The notes: generated from the letters alone by a model not told the origin. A stretch of DNA of 60,000 nucleotides from Callorhinchus milii (GCF_018977255.1 NW_024704743.1:77626001-77686000); one strand, 5' to 3'. Numbered from the stretch's first letter, positions 1 through 12,112 are shown. Numbers and translations: made by a program.

Positions 1-76
1 ATTATTCATTTTTTTGAAGGGATTATTACCCTCAGTCGACTGACAACCGGGTTCCTATTACTGCTAGACAAACAGA
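1..76 (-). mobile_element. SINE middle fragment, cut by the window edge
   Basis: Matches 5960-6017 (tcgact.acaaccgggttccta...ctgctag.caaacaga). Confidence 0.75.
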
Positions 77-3034
77 ACTGTTTGTCAACAGAACCATGTT
101 ACATTGCCATTGAATCATATTACATTCCCCGCCTTGATTTTCTCCCTCTTTGGCAGAAAAAAGTAACTTCAAGAAAAACAAATAAAAAATGACTTTGATG
201 GCCCTTATACATTAAGCAAAACATGGAAGTTAAGCTAAACAGAATCTCATTGAATTCCACCTACTGCTGGATACTTATGGAACATCAGTTATTGACTGAT
301 GTTTTCCCTCAAATATGCATAATATGCCTGAACTGAAATCAATTTGGATTTGAAGTTCAATCCATCCGCAAACCCTAAGGATCATAATAATAATAATCCT
401 GGTTATATATTCCATTGAGTCTTAGTTGCTGAATTATGCTACGCATGGGAATAAGTGTCTGTCTGTTAGATGTTTCTAAATCTTTCATTTGACCTTGCAT
501 TTGAGTCAATGAAGGAAGGAATGAGGAAGGTAGTAGTGGTTTATCATTCTAAGTACAGCATCTCTGTTTTGGTTAAAAGCCTTAAGTATATTTTTCTTTC
601 ATTTCTATCACTTTCTGAAGATATTTTGTCAGGTGTAAGCATATTGTACTTCGGCAACACTTCTAAAAGAGGCATCACATAATTCATTGTTTAGTCAAGT
701 CTACAACACTGGAAGCCAACTATACAAATGGGTAACTCAAACAGGAAAAACAGGGCGAGTGAGTCAATACATTTCATATTCATTGTTACTATAGAGCAGA
801 TTGGTTACACTCAATAAAACAGTAATATTTTTCAGAATCCTGTTAAAGTATAACTATCTGATAAGGGATCTGTTGGAGTTGCTTTTTCAGATTGCATCAG
901 TAAATCTTGGTTGAATACATCAGATTTTTGAGTAGCTGGAAGATTGAATGTTATACTGGAATCCAGTTTTTTGTCCGATATCTTTTTAATTGATCTAACT
1001 ATTGGTTCTGAGATGCTGTAAAGAGACTGGAGGTTATTTAACTGTGAAACACCTACTTGTTTCTGTACTCATTTAACAGAAAAATGGTTGTTTTCAATGT
1101 TTTCCATGAAATTCAATGAGAAAAGCATCATTATTTACTATGCTAACTAGAGTGTGAGGTATGACCTCAGATAACTCCATTTTAGGTTTATTTATGCTTG
1201 GTTAAAATGCTGGAAGGGATATGACCTCCAGTAGCAGAGCAATTCGGAGAAGAGGAAGAAAGGTTTATATTTCCTTCTTCAAATTGCTCTCACTGGATCC
1301 AAGGAGAGCTTTTCACATGGGGAACTAAAGGCTTGCAGAGGCTTCTCCTTGCCTGCATTATTAAGAGAGAGACCTGTGTGACCGATTCAATAACAATACA
1401 AAATGGTCCCTTGAAAGTTTTTGGGCCAATCAATCCTGGACCTAGAAGAGACTATTTTTGAACCAAGTCCGGAAGTATCTGAGTTGCCTGCCTTCACATT
1501 GTAATTGATATCCAGCTCAATCCATGCTGTCAAGGAAAGCTTGAAGCAGAGGACTTCAAGGTCATAAGGGCCACAGCTGATTTATTCTAGAGTTTATTCC
1601 ATAGCGATTTGGCACACTACACTTTTGTGGAAGCGAAATGAACACTGGCACAAGTTGTACTGATGCTGCTTGACCTGACCTAAAGTTGGGACAGGTGCTA
1701 TTTTTGGATGATTACTGTAAGCACTTACTTTGCCCGAATTTGTCATTGACACATCAGTCAGCTCTAGTGTGAACACCTTATGATGAAGGGTTTTCAGAAA
1801 ATGTGAAAAGGTCAGTGCTTGTTAACGTTTTCATACACACTAACAAGACGAAAGGTGGGTAATTGTGAATCGCAAGCTGTCAGCCACAAAAGCATTAATA
1901 TTGATTTCCAATGATGCCAAGAGACTTATAGAGCCAAGAGTAAAAGTTAGGCACCGAGGATTCTTCAGGCTCTTTAAGTACAAGTTTCACTCGTGGCATT
2001 TATCCAGGTGGGATTACGCTGCCCAATAATGCTTTAGCTCATAGGGAAGGATTTACCCGCCACATTATTCTATCTCTTCCACCCCTATTTTCCTGTTATT
2101 ACTGAAGTCTCCTAGTCCAGGCAAAATAATGTCAAAAGATAAGATAGGTTCATATTTAATACAGGGCTCTGATTTGCAGTAATTCCTAAATGCTATGAAT
2201 GGGAACTCTTTTAACTGGAAGTACCTCATGCTGATGCACATAAACTTCTCACCGACATGATCTATTTCTGGAATAGAATTCCAGGGCATCACTGGGAATT
2301 CTTTTAAAAATCTCATTAAATATACTGCACAATGGATGCTGTAAGGAAAAACAATCTTGGCATTAAAGATACAAAGGACTATTGGATTCTGGACCATTGA
2401 CAGGAACAGTGCAGCACATTAGAAAATGTTTAATTGACTTTTTCATTCGTACCTTCTGATGCAAAAGGTCACAGCCCAAATAGGTCCCAGATTTTATTAT
2501 AGTTATTCCCCTTCAACCAAAAATTATATAGTCAGAGATGAATAATAGTCACCTTATCACATCAAATGTCTCAAAATGTGAATCCACTTCACAAGATTTT
2601 TACTATAAAGTGTAGTGCGGCTAGAACCTATGACCTCCTTCTGATTTAGAGATGAAATTTCCACCAACTGAGCCGGGCTGACACCAAAATCTTTTCTTAA
2701 TTTAGAACGTCAAAGATATGCACTCAATTTATTTTAACATGTTTTAGAATTGATTTGACGGAAAGCTATAATTCCATATGGAGTCAGATTGTGGGCTGTG
2801 CATTACGTTCAGAGCATTGATCAGAAAATAAGCCGTGTAAATAAGCCTAGATATGAAAAAATGACATATTTTAGCCTTCAATCTGATTCAGTCGGCTACT
2901 AAACTTTAACATTAATAGGCCAGATGCAAAGCTATCAGTTAAAATATCACACCTTATATAAAACAGTTGATGTTAATATGAACAGATATGATTAATAATA
3001 TATCAGATTACGTCTATCTATAATTCTTTCGCAG

Positions 3035-3142
3035 GTTCTGATATGAAACCAAAATGTGCAACTGTTGCAAGTAGTGTGTTGTTCCGGATTGGCATCCATC
3101 CAGTCTCCTTGACAGAGTCCGGAGGTTTCCTTGTGGAAAAAG
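3035..3142 (+). other. Candidate 108-bp exon, product unknown
   Basis: ttctttcgcAG| acceptor and AAG|GTACGA donor; one frame open (phase 1-1). Confidence 0.25.
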
Positions 3143-3721
3143 GTACGAATAGCTCCACTTCATTCTTTCTGAGTTTTTCTTCTTTTCCAATTCCTCCCTT
3201 CACCCACCCCGCCCCTCTCACCCCCCCCCCCCCCCCCCCCCCCACACACACATATGCAAACTAAAACACATGTGTTGCTGCATTTGGAATTTAAATTGCA
3301 CCCTTCTGTGTTCATTCCATCTACATTCCAACAAGTGACTTGACCAGTATGTTGTTTTGCCTCACCTCATTCTCTTCCTTACACAATACATAGATACTGT
3401 ACTGTGAGCTGACTCCTCGATTTAAGACAACACTCTCTGGGAAATGATAATAAATCCAAAACAGCAGTATAATCAGGGGGAAACCAATGTTAAGTTTTAT
3501 CAAAAGAGACTGGATACCTTTTCTGAAGGCTGTGCAGGATTTGAAAATTACCATAAATCAAATCTTCTCAACAAATGTTATCAAAATCTTCCACTCTTCT
3601 CAAGGTATACTTTCCTTTGAATTAAAATTTTGTTTCAATGTTGCGATTTCAATAACACGATTCTTTTACTTCACAATATTGAATTAAAATTCAGCAGTTT
3701 GTGGATCATAACACTATAATA

Positions 3722-4232
3722 AAATAATAATACTTGCATTTGATTTAGTACCTATAATGTCAAAATGTCTCAAACTGTTTTATAGGTATTTGTTGTCTAG
3801 TCCAGTGATTGTATTTGTTGGAACAAGGCCTTCAGTTTCACACAGCAAGCTCCCATAAAGAGCCAGAGGATGAATGATAAATTTATCTGGAGAATTGTTG
3901 GTTAAGACACTGTAAGAAATTTCTTTCTCTTTTTGAATGGTGTCATGGGATCCATCCTTCAGATGAGCGTTAACCCAAGGTCTCGACTGCCTGTTATAAT
4001 GGATGTTAAGGATCCTATTGCACTATTTGAAAATAGGGATTTTCTCTCGATGCCCTGACCAATAAACCCCAGATAAAATTGGTCATTCACTTCATGGCTG
4101 TTTGCGGATCATTGCTATACACAAATTGGATGCCACATTCGCCTACAAAATTCAGTACACTTTTCAATAAAAATCCTATGAAGATATTTTGACAGCATGA
4201 TAAGGTGCTATATCAAATCCAAGGGCTATTTT
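3722..4232. mobile_element. Back-to-back pair of old Deu-domain SINE fragments (minus 3722-3951, plus 3952-4232)
   Basis: Deu-like ggatgttaaggatcctattgcactatttgaa...ggctgtttgcggatcattgcta...aaattggatgcc, with a mirrored antisense copy. Confidence 0.7.
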
Positions 4233-4373
4233 TTTTTATGTTTAGCGTTCACCTGAACAGACAGATGCAAAATGTGTCCATGTTTACAATGTCATCATTT
4301 CCAGTGTGTCAGATGATAAAAATCGGAAGCTCAGAGTAAACATTATGGTGGAAGTTATCCTTTTCTATAAGCA

Positions 4374-4555
4374 AAAGAATATACAGCACGGAAACAGGCC
4401 ACTCAGCCCAACAAGTCTGTGCTAGTGTTTATACTCCACACGGCTCTTCACCCATTCCTTACTCCCTCCCATATCCTTCTATTCTTCTCCCTCAGGTGAA
4501 GTCCAGCTTCCTCTTGAATGCATCTATACTATTTGATTCAACCACCACTTCAAGG
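4374..4555 (-). mobile_element. CR1 LINE 3' end fragment
   Basis: Antisense of a typical CR1 3' end (ttgggctgagtggcctgtttccgtgctgta) plus the ORF2 terminus. Confidence 0.7.
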
Positions 4556-4639
4556 AGCGATCTCACTTATAATTGCTTAATATTTCATTATTTTAAAAAA
4601 TCCTCAAAACATCAGTCAGAAAAGGAAGATGTACCCAGG

Positions 4640-4955
4640 ACAACAACAACAACATATTTATATACTGGCCTTCATGTGGGGCAGTGTGCTGGAGTGCTTG
4701 ACAGTGGCGGAGGCTGACCTTGTGCCAGGGGGAGAGGGAGGGGGAGGTGACCTTAAATATGATCAAAAAGGAAGGTCTTTTGTCAGGATTTGAAAGTGAG
4801 GAGGGAGGGGGCAAGGCGGAGGGATTGAGGGAGAGAGTTCCAGAGCTTCGGGGCAAAGTGGCTGAAAGCACGGCCACCGATGGTGAAGCGGATAGAGCGA
4901 GGGACAAACAGGAGGTCAGAGCCAGCCGAGCGGAGGCAGCGGGTGGTGGAGTAGG
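4640..4955 (-). mobile_element. L2 3' fragment
   Basis: (CAA)n tail; antisense of ggtggccgtgctttcagcc...ctctggaactctctccct. Confidence 0.85.
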
Positions 4956-5436
4956 GGCAGTCTTAATATTAAGTAAACCTTGCTTTTCAGAAAAAAAACA
5001 GCTGTAATAGAAAATTCTAAATCTTGACCAGTAGATTTTAGTCCCTTGTTTGATAATGAGGGATTTTAAGATCACAAGAGGTTTGGATGGAGAAGGCTGT
5101 TCAGTTTAACACCTACCCTACCGTCTTCTCATTACTGGATCAAACTGTTTTTTAAAATGTCCAGAGCTCGCCCTCTCCTACCCTTCCTGATAACCTGTTA
5201 CAGCTGTTGATTACCTGGTGTCTGTCCCGAACTTTACCTTCACAACTTTTAATCTATATCCTCTTGTCCCTGGCATATCACAAACAGAACGTTTCAGTCC
5301 TAGGGGAGGGTATTTCAGCTTATTCCATCTGGGCCATTCCTACCTCGGACCTTTCTAAGTTAGCTTGCCCATATCACTGTCTTCTGTCCCCTTCTTTTCC
5401 TTTCAAATATCCTCATGTGGCTTAGTGATTGGAGTT

Positions 5437-6077
5437 AATAATAATAATCTTTGCATTTGATGTAGCGCCTTATCAAGTCTTTGAGATATCTCAAAACCCT
5501 TCACAGAATATACTGTAAAGTGAATTGACTGTATATTTTGTGGACCAAAACGGCAGCCAATTGCACATATCAGTGTCCCACAAACAGTAATCCTGTAGTC
5601 CTGTAGCTCAGTGGTTAGAGCACTCGCTTTGCAAGCGAGAGACCTGAGTTCAATTCCAGACAGGGCGAAACCTTGGGCAAGTTTCCTTACTCCACACGCC
5701 TAATAATAATTCCTCCAAAACCAAAAACAATAATAAATTGGTCATTTTCAATCAACGACTGTTTGTGGGACATTGCTGTACGCAATTGGCTGCCGCGTTC
5801 GCCCACAAATATACAGTCAATTCACTTTACAGTGTGTTCTGTGAAGCGCTTTGGGACGTCCTCCCGACGTGAAAAGCGCTATATCAAATGCAAGGATTAT
5901 TATTATTATTATTATTATAGTAATGGATTGAGTGATCAAATTTTTTTATTTTTTGTAGGAAAAGCAATCCACCAATCGACTAACAACCGGGTTCCTACTT
6001 TCTGCTAGGCAAACAGAGGTGTGTGGAATGCAGAAACTTGCCTAAGGTTTCACCCTGCCTGGGAATTGAACCCGGGT
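5437..6077 (-). mobile_element. Older, long-form copy of the same SINE family, split by the 5592-5918 insertion
   Basis: Tail at 5437-5590; middle and partial head at 5919-6077, antisense to the nested copy. Confidence 0.85.
5592..5918 (+). mobile_element. Young tRNA-Ala(TGC)-derived SINE with L2-type 3' tail and (TTA)n
   Basis: A box TAGCTCAGTGG 5604-5614; anticodon arm CTCGC-TTTGCAA-GCGAG; B box GTTCAATTCC 5648-5657; tail stem-loop; TSD AGTAAT (5586-5591 / 5919-5924). Confidence 0.9.
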
Positions 6078-6119
6078 TAATGTTGACCATGTTGATAAGC
6101 CATACTCATTTGCGCCCAT

Positions 6120-7485
6120 CGATGTCTTCTATCCTGCGGCACTGACCTCCTCAACTACCCCGACCTATCCCTCAGACTTACCGAACCAGTGCACAACCTC
6201 GGCATCAGGTTCGACCAACAACTGTCCTTTCTTCCCCACATCTAGTCTCCGACTTCCGTCACATTGTCCACCTCTGACCGTACCCTACTCCAGATGCAGC
6301 CTTGTGATCGTCACCTCCCAACTCAATATCTCAAATGCCTTCTTTGCCGATCTCCCCAGCTCCACCATGCACAGAATCCAGCTGATCCAAACCTCTGCCA
6401 CCCATATACTCACCCACACTAAACTCCGTACCCCCATCACACCAGTTCTAGCCAGGCTCCACTGGCTCCCTATCACAGAACGGATCGATTTCAAGATCTT
6501 TACAAACATTTTCAAATCCCTTCATGCCATGATACCTCCCTACCTCTCCAACCTCTTTAGCCCCCGACCCATCACTTCTGCTCGACTGGCTCCGGCCTTC
6601 TGCATGTCCATTGTGCTCTCCGTTCCACCATTGGTGGCTGTGCTTTGAGCCATTACGTCCTAAAACTCTGGAACACTCTTCCTCTATACAACAAGAACAA
6701 CCTGCACTTATATAGTGCCCTCCATGCAGGGTAGCATCTCAGAGCGCTTAACAGTGGCGGAGCTTGGCTCCGAACCGGGGGGGAGGGGGGAGATGGCCAT
6801 AAGCACGGTCGAACAGGAAAGTCTTCAGGCGCAACTTAAAAGAGGTGAGAGAGGAGGCAAAGTGGAGGAATTGAGGGAGAATATTCCAGAGTTTTGAACG
6901 TGCCAGGTGGTGGAATGGGGAATGAGGAGATCGGAGGTGCCAGAGAGTGAATGGATTTGAAAACGAGTGTGAGGATCTTCAAGTCAATCCGTTCGGTGAT
7001 GGGGAGCCAGTGGAGCCTGACCAGAACTGGTGAGATGTGGGTACGGAGTTTGGTCTGGGTTAGTATGCGGGCAGCAGAGTTTTGAATGAGCTGGAGTTGG
7101 AGCGGGAGAAGAAACCATTTGCTGAGATGAATTGGATGTGGTTGGTTAAGTAGGACTTGAACCATGTGAGTGCGGTCCCACTAAGGTAGATGGGGGAGGA
7201 GAACTAATGGAGGAGGATGGCATGGTCGACTGTGTCGAACGCGGCAGAGAGATCCAGGAAGACGAGAAGGCAGAGGGAGCCCTGGTCACAGATAGAGAGA
7301 ATCTATTCCTCTGCCTTGTCCCTTCCTGCCCCATCTTCAGATCGCGCCTGAAGACCTTCCTGTTCAATTGTGCCTACAGTCACTTCCACTCCCCCTGGCT
7401 CGGTGTCATGCTCTGCCACTGTCAAGCACTTTGGGACACTACCCTGTTTGAGGGGCGCTATATAAATGCAAGTTGCTGTTGTTGT
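6120..7485 (+). mobile_element. L2 3' fragment split by an antisense L2 insertion
   Basis: HRIQLIQTSA...[21 protein letters not shown]; resumes at ~7300 and ends tataaatgcaagttgctgttg. Confidence 0.85.
6687..7292 (-). mobile_element. Internally deleted L2 fragment nested antisense in the 6120-7485 L2
   Basis: LQLIQNSAARILTQTKLRTHISPVLVRLHWLP; a separate RT block (DQGSLCLLVFLDLSAAFDTVDH) at 7210-7292. Confidence 0.85.
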
Positions 7486-8253
7486 ACTATCATTCGTTTC
7501 ATAAAGGCCTATGAATCTTTGACAACTTGAAATAAAGAAAAATAATATAGTTTGCAAAGGGCACCAGTAGTGAGATCCCTCCCCTTCAGACTGAAATGTA
7601 TGAAATACAAGTGAAAATGTTTTGTTTCTTAGAAGACCGGCAACATCCCCTTCAATCATTGCTGTGGGAGCCTGTTCCATTAAATGTATAATAAGAAGAA
7701 TAATTTGCACTCCATACACAGTGCAGCAGATTAATTGGTCCCATTTTCATTTCTGCAAACGCTAATCTGTTAATTGTTCCTCTAAATGGGTCAGTTTAAC
7801 ACCTCATTATTCACTATTAGAGACTAGAGTAGATATCTTTAAGCTATCCTAAGCGGTCATGTTATTGCAAATATAAAATAGCATTTTTTTCCCCAAATCA
7901 ATTAGTTTTCTTTTTGTGGGTAGCCCCATTTTATGTATGAACTCCTCTTAAGTGTCCCTATGACAAGTCTGCCGTGGCATATCAGAGTTACAATGGACAG
8001 GACTGTGCAATCAAGTGAGAATACTAATAAAACCGAGACTTAATATTCTTACAGCAAAACATGGCTTGAATATCAAGACTGGCCTCCTTTTATCTATCAG
8101 CACAGATGTTTGTTTGAATTCTTGAATCTAAAGTTCAAGGAAAAGGGGGAAGCTAAAGACAAGTGCTCTATAGGACACGTGTCAATCCCTAAATCTGCAG
8201 AGTGATGAATAACAGCTGTTTACAGCTAGCGATATGAGACAAGATGGTGAAAA

Positions 8254-8316
8254 ATGCATTGTTTCCTAACAGGTTTGATGTGATTATCACATCGAACCTG
8301 TTAAGAAACATTGCAT
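8254..8316. repeat. 63-bp near-perfect palindrome
   Basis: 31-bp arms around T8285, with three non-Watson-Crick positions. Confidence 0.95.
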
Positions 8317-8829
8317 GTTGACCCCCTGGTGAGAACCAATGACAAACCATTTTTGCAATTATAGGCAAGAGTGAATCCTTCAGGATATAAAACAAACTAA
8401 TGAATTCACAGCTAGTCCTGTGATTGTTGACCACTGTGCTGTGGTGTGATGAGTTAAGTACAGTACGTACAGTGAGGGAAGGACAATGGACACTATCAAA
8501 GCACCAGATGCCTGGCCTGCCCTCTCCTGGCCATCAACACATTAACTGAGTGCATTTTTCAGCATTGTAGAGTCCCATGTCCACTTCACTATGGCCTTTC
8601 AGAAGATTGCTTTGAAATTTGTTAAATAATAACATGATGGAAGCTTATGTGCCTGCCAGGCCTTGCTAATCCCCATCCTTCTTTCTAACCTCACCTTTTC
8701 CTTCACTGATCTCCTGAAATTGGGGATGGAAATGTTTTGTATTTGCTGTCTCTGGTGCTGAGGCCTGTAAATTTATATTTGAGTTTGGGTCTCATCTCCA
8801 CCTGAGGCAGTGGTGCCTTTTCCTTTACA

Positions 8830-9105
8830 TCAGCTTGACTCGGTTGGCAAACACTCTTGGCTTTTCATCAGAAAGTTTTGACTCCAAGCCTATTGCCAGC
8901 CTTGTGCTCTCAAGATCTAGGCTGATGCTCCAGTTGAGTGATGGGGGAACCCTAACATGGCAGCGATGTCGTCCTTTGGATGAATTCCTAAACTGAGATC
9001 TCATCTGGCTGTTTCCAGGTGGACATTAAGATCCTGTGAATATTCATAAAGAGGAGGAGGTTTCTCCTCGCCAACAATCCTCCAGATTAACTTTTTATTT
9101 ATTTA
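8830..9105 (+). mobile_element. Old Deu-domain SINE, head and 5' part
   Basis: Degenerate tRNA head; ctaggctgatgctccagt; caggtggacattaagatcc. Confidence 0.65.
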
Positions 9106-9281
9106 CCTAATGACAGGATGGTTCAATGATTGTGTGATATTACTAAAGCAGCAAACTCGTCTCATACCATATTCTTGAGGAATCATGATACAGAACTCTT
9201 CATTATTTTAAATTGATGTCTTCTTGTCCCATTTTGGAGCGCTCCAGCTTCTATGGTCTTTTCCCATGACTCATCCCCTTT

Positions 9282-9691
9282 CGAATTCAAAATCCTCATC
9301 CTCACCTACAAGGCCATTCACGGCCTTGTTCTCTCCGACCTACTATCCCCCTACTTACCTGCCCGTACCCTCCGTTCCTCTGGCTCCGGTCTGCTCCACA
9401 TCCCCCACCCTAACCGCCTTCAGCCTCTCAGCCCCTAGGCTCTGGAACTCTATCCCCCAGTGCCTTCGCCTTGCTTCCTCCCTTTCCTCCTTCAAGGCTG
9501 GTCTCAAGACCTTTCTCTTTGACCGTGCCTTCAGCTCCCCTCTCAACTCTCTACCCTCTCCTCGCCCCCTCCCTTCCCTCCACTCACCCTGACCATTTTC
9601 CCCCTGCTCGGGTCCTGACCCAACTGTCCAACGCCTTGTCCTCCCGACGTGAAAGGCGCTCTATAAATGAAATCTTGTTGTTGTTGTTGTT
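9282..9691 (+). mobile_element. 5'-truncated L2 of the same young subfamily as 55632-59333
   Basis: Near-identical to 58830-59333 apart from small deletions. Confidence 0.92.
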
Positions 9692-10700
9692 CTTTACACT
9701 TGTGATTGCTTTGTTTGTTTCTGCACTCCTTCAAAGCTTGTATATGTTCTTCCAATGGCACAGTGACCAGTACTGAGTGCAATTCTCTGCATAGGTTCCC
9801 AGCATAACCTCCAGAGACAGTCCACCTTTCAGGCGATATGTCCCAGCGTACTGTTTGCATTTCATTTGCTTTTCCACAATGCCCTGACATTGAAAAGTCT
9901 CTTTCTGTAACTCAATTCTATTCATTATACTGTAAAGTGAAGTGACTGTGTTTTGTGGGTGAATGTGGGGGCTCAGACCCACGCTTGTCAGATATTGAAC
10001 AACCAACCAGTGACTACCTTACTTGGGGCTAGGTAAACAAGTCTCCTTGGAGCTGAACTGGCTCCAAGGTGACATTCTTGGCAATGGAATATCAGAATCA
10101 AGCTAGCCTTCTGTGATGGTCTTGGTAGTCCAGTTCCTGAACCAGGCAGATCCATAGTCCCCAAGTCTTGGCTCTTGCCAGCCTGTGGTTAGTTTTCTCT
10201 GCAATTAGGTAAGCAGGATGGGAGCTCTCCAGGGAGAGAGTGTGCATTCCATATCAACACATGGGAATTTTCATGCATAGGTGGGATGTATAGAACTCTA
10301 AGTTTGGCTTGCGGCATGGTGATGGGTTTCCGCTATCATTAACGATTATTAACAAACACTTTATTGATTGGAACCTGCCCTTAATAACACGTTTGAGATC
10401 CATCCTAAAATTGTCATTGGGGCAAGACAGTGCTCAAGGCTGAAGCATGCACTCAGAGTATAACTGATATCCATGATCTGCTCCAGTAATTTATAACACT
10501 TGAGCAGTCTCAAGTTGTTGTTGAATGTCAATGATAAAAAGTCTTTTTTTAGTCTACTTTGATGTGCTGCTTGCAATACCTTACAGCATGACACTCTCTT
10601 GCAAACCAGTGAAATCTGAATCTTAAATAACATTTCTGAGAAATGTACCAAGACATCCAGGGCTCATCTCTGCGCACCCCGCCCTGGAAATACAACTCAC

Positions 10701-10799
10701 CGTTATGTTGCTAGAAAAGCCCTGAGACTTGCCTCTAGCTCCTATTCCATTCTGGCTTGTAACATTGTGAACAATACCTGCCTCCATTACGTCCCATCT
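10701..10799 (-). other. Candidate 99-bp exon (RWDVMEAGIVHNVTSQNGIGARGKSQGFSSNIT), product unknown
   Basis: Acceptor tttgcttcccatcattgctcattgcccAG, donor ACG|GTGAGT, open in phase 0. Confidence 0.3.
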
Positions 10800-11839
10800 C
10801 TGGGCAATGAGCAATGATGGGAAGCAAATTATTTTTCAATTACATTACCCATTGTTTTTCTTTTAAATGGAGTGTTTACTTTTTCTGATTCTCCTGCAGC
10901 ACATGCCTTGGTTTGCACTCTTGGTTTGGCACTGATTACTTCCTGCATCCAATCCAATAGTCTTCATCGTCTTTCTTTATAGTGCATAGAAAAGGCAAAG
11001 CTGAAAATTCATACAGATTCCTTTGATAAATAATTTCCTTCAGCTTTAAAATATGCTCTTTGCAGAAGAGTGGATGCAATTCATTGCAAACAGTTTATTT
11101 ATAAATTCTATTAGAAAGACAGCACACAGTTAAACATTTAAAAACAAGTCATGAATTTAACAGAATATAATTGTAATGAATTGCTGTGGTCGTAAAATTG
11201 TTCTGTTTCTCTGCGCTTCTTCAGCACAGTTATGTAACGCGGATCCCCAGGCCAAACAGATACAGATGCACACGGAAACTCTCACACAAGGCCAACAGTT
11301 GTGTCACTAGAAAGGCACTCTGACTTGGCTCTAACTCCTATTCCATTCTGGCTTGTAACACTGAGATCCTCTCGCGAAGAGGTACCTGGCTCACAGTCGG
11401 TGCCTGCCTCTGCATAACAATAGCAGCTTGACTACACTGTATAACAGTAGGATCTCTCTTCTTCTATGGGGTTAAGTAGCGTACGATAAGATTGATCATG
11501 CCAACTTACACTACAATATTTGCTATTTCTTATTCAAATTCCCCCTTCAAATCTCACAAGATCATGCCTGTGCTTTACCACTCATTCGTAATCTTGCTTA
11601 TAATAGCTATAGGTTATGTACATGACCTGAACCCCAAACAATTGGCCAGTGGCTGGCCCAAAGATGGAAAGTGCCTAATCGTTCCAAAGTCTAATATTGC
11701 ATGAATGCCTGTTAATCTGGCGCAGAGCTCGGGAAGCTCGGCATTGTCGCAAGTGCCATCCTTTAGATATTAAACGAGAAGACGTGAAAAGCGCTATATC
11801 AAATGCCAGAATTATTATTAGTATTATATTATTATTGTT

Positions 11840-12112
11840 AAACCAAGGTCCCATCAACATGGTCAAATGGACCTGAATGAACCCATGGCACTATTCAAGA
11901 GTTGGAAGTTTCTTCCAGTGCCCTGGCCACTGATTCCCCCAAATTAAATTGGTCATTCACTTCATGGGTGACTGGAGGATATTACTATGTGCAAATTGGT
12001 TCCCGAGTTCACCTGCACAATACCCAATCACTACACTGTACAGTAAAGCCTGTGAAGTGCTTTGAGACATCCTCCTGATGTGAAAGACACAATATCAAAT
12101 GTAAGGATTATT
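11840..12112 (+). mobile_element. Old Deu-domain SINE fragment
   Basis: cccatggcactattcaagag...ccagtgccctggcca...caaattgg...tail. Confidence 0.7.

Noticed and set aside
5597..5667. tRNA-Ala(TGC) gene (also near 19870-19940 and 20235-20305)
   Set aside because: Always attached to the SINE body and tail, and the T-arm is imperfect; these are SINE heads
5673..6008. Recurrent peptide WDIAVRNWLPRSPTNIQSIHFTVCSVKRFGTSSRREKRYIKCKDYYY (also 17729, 19622, 36271, 49454)
   Set aside because: Incidental translation of the non-coding SINE tail
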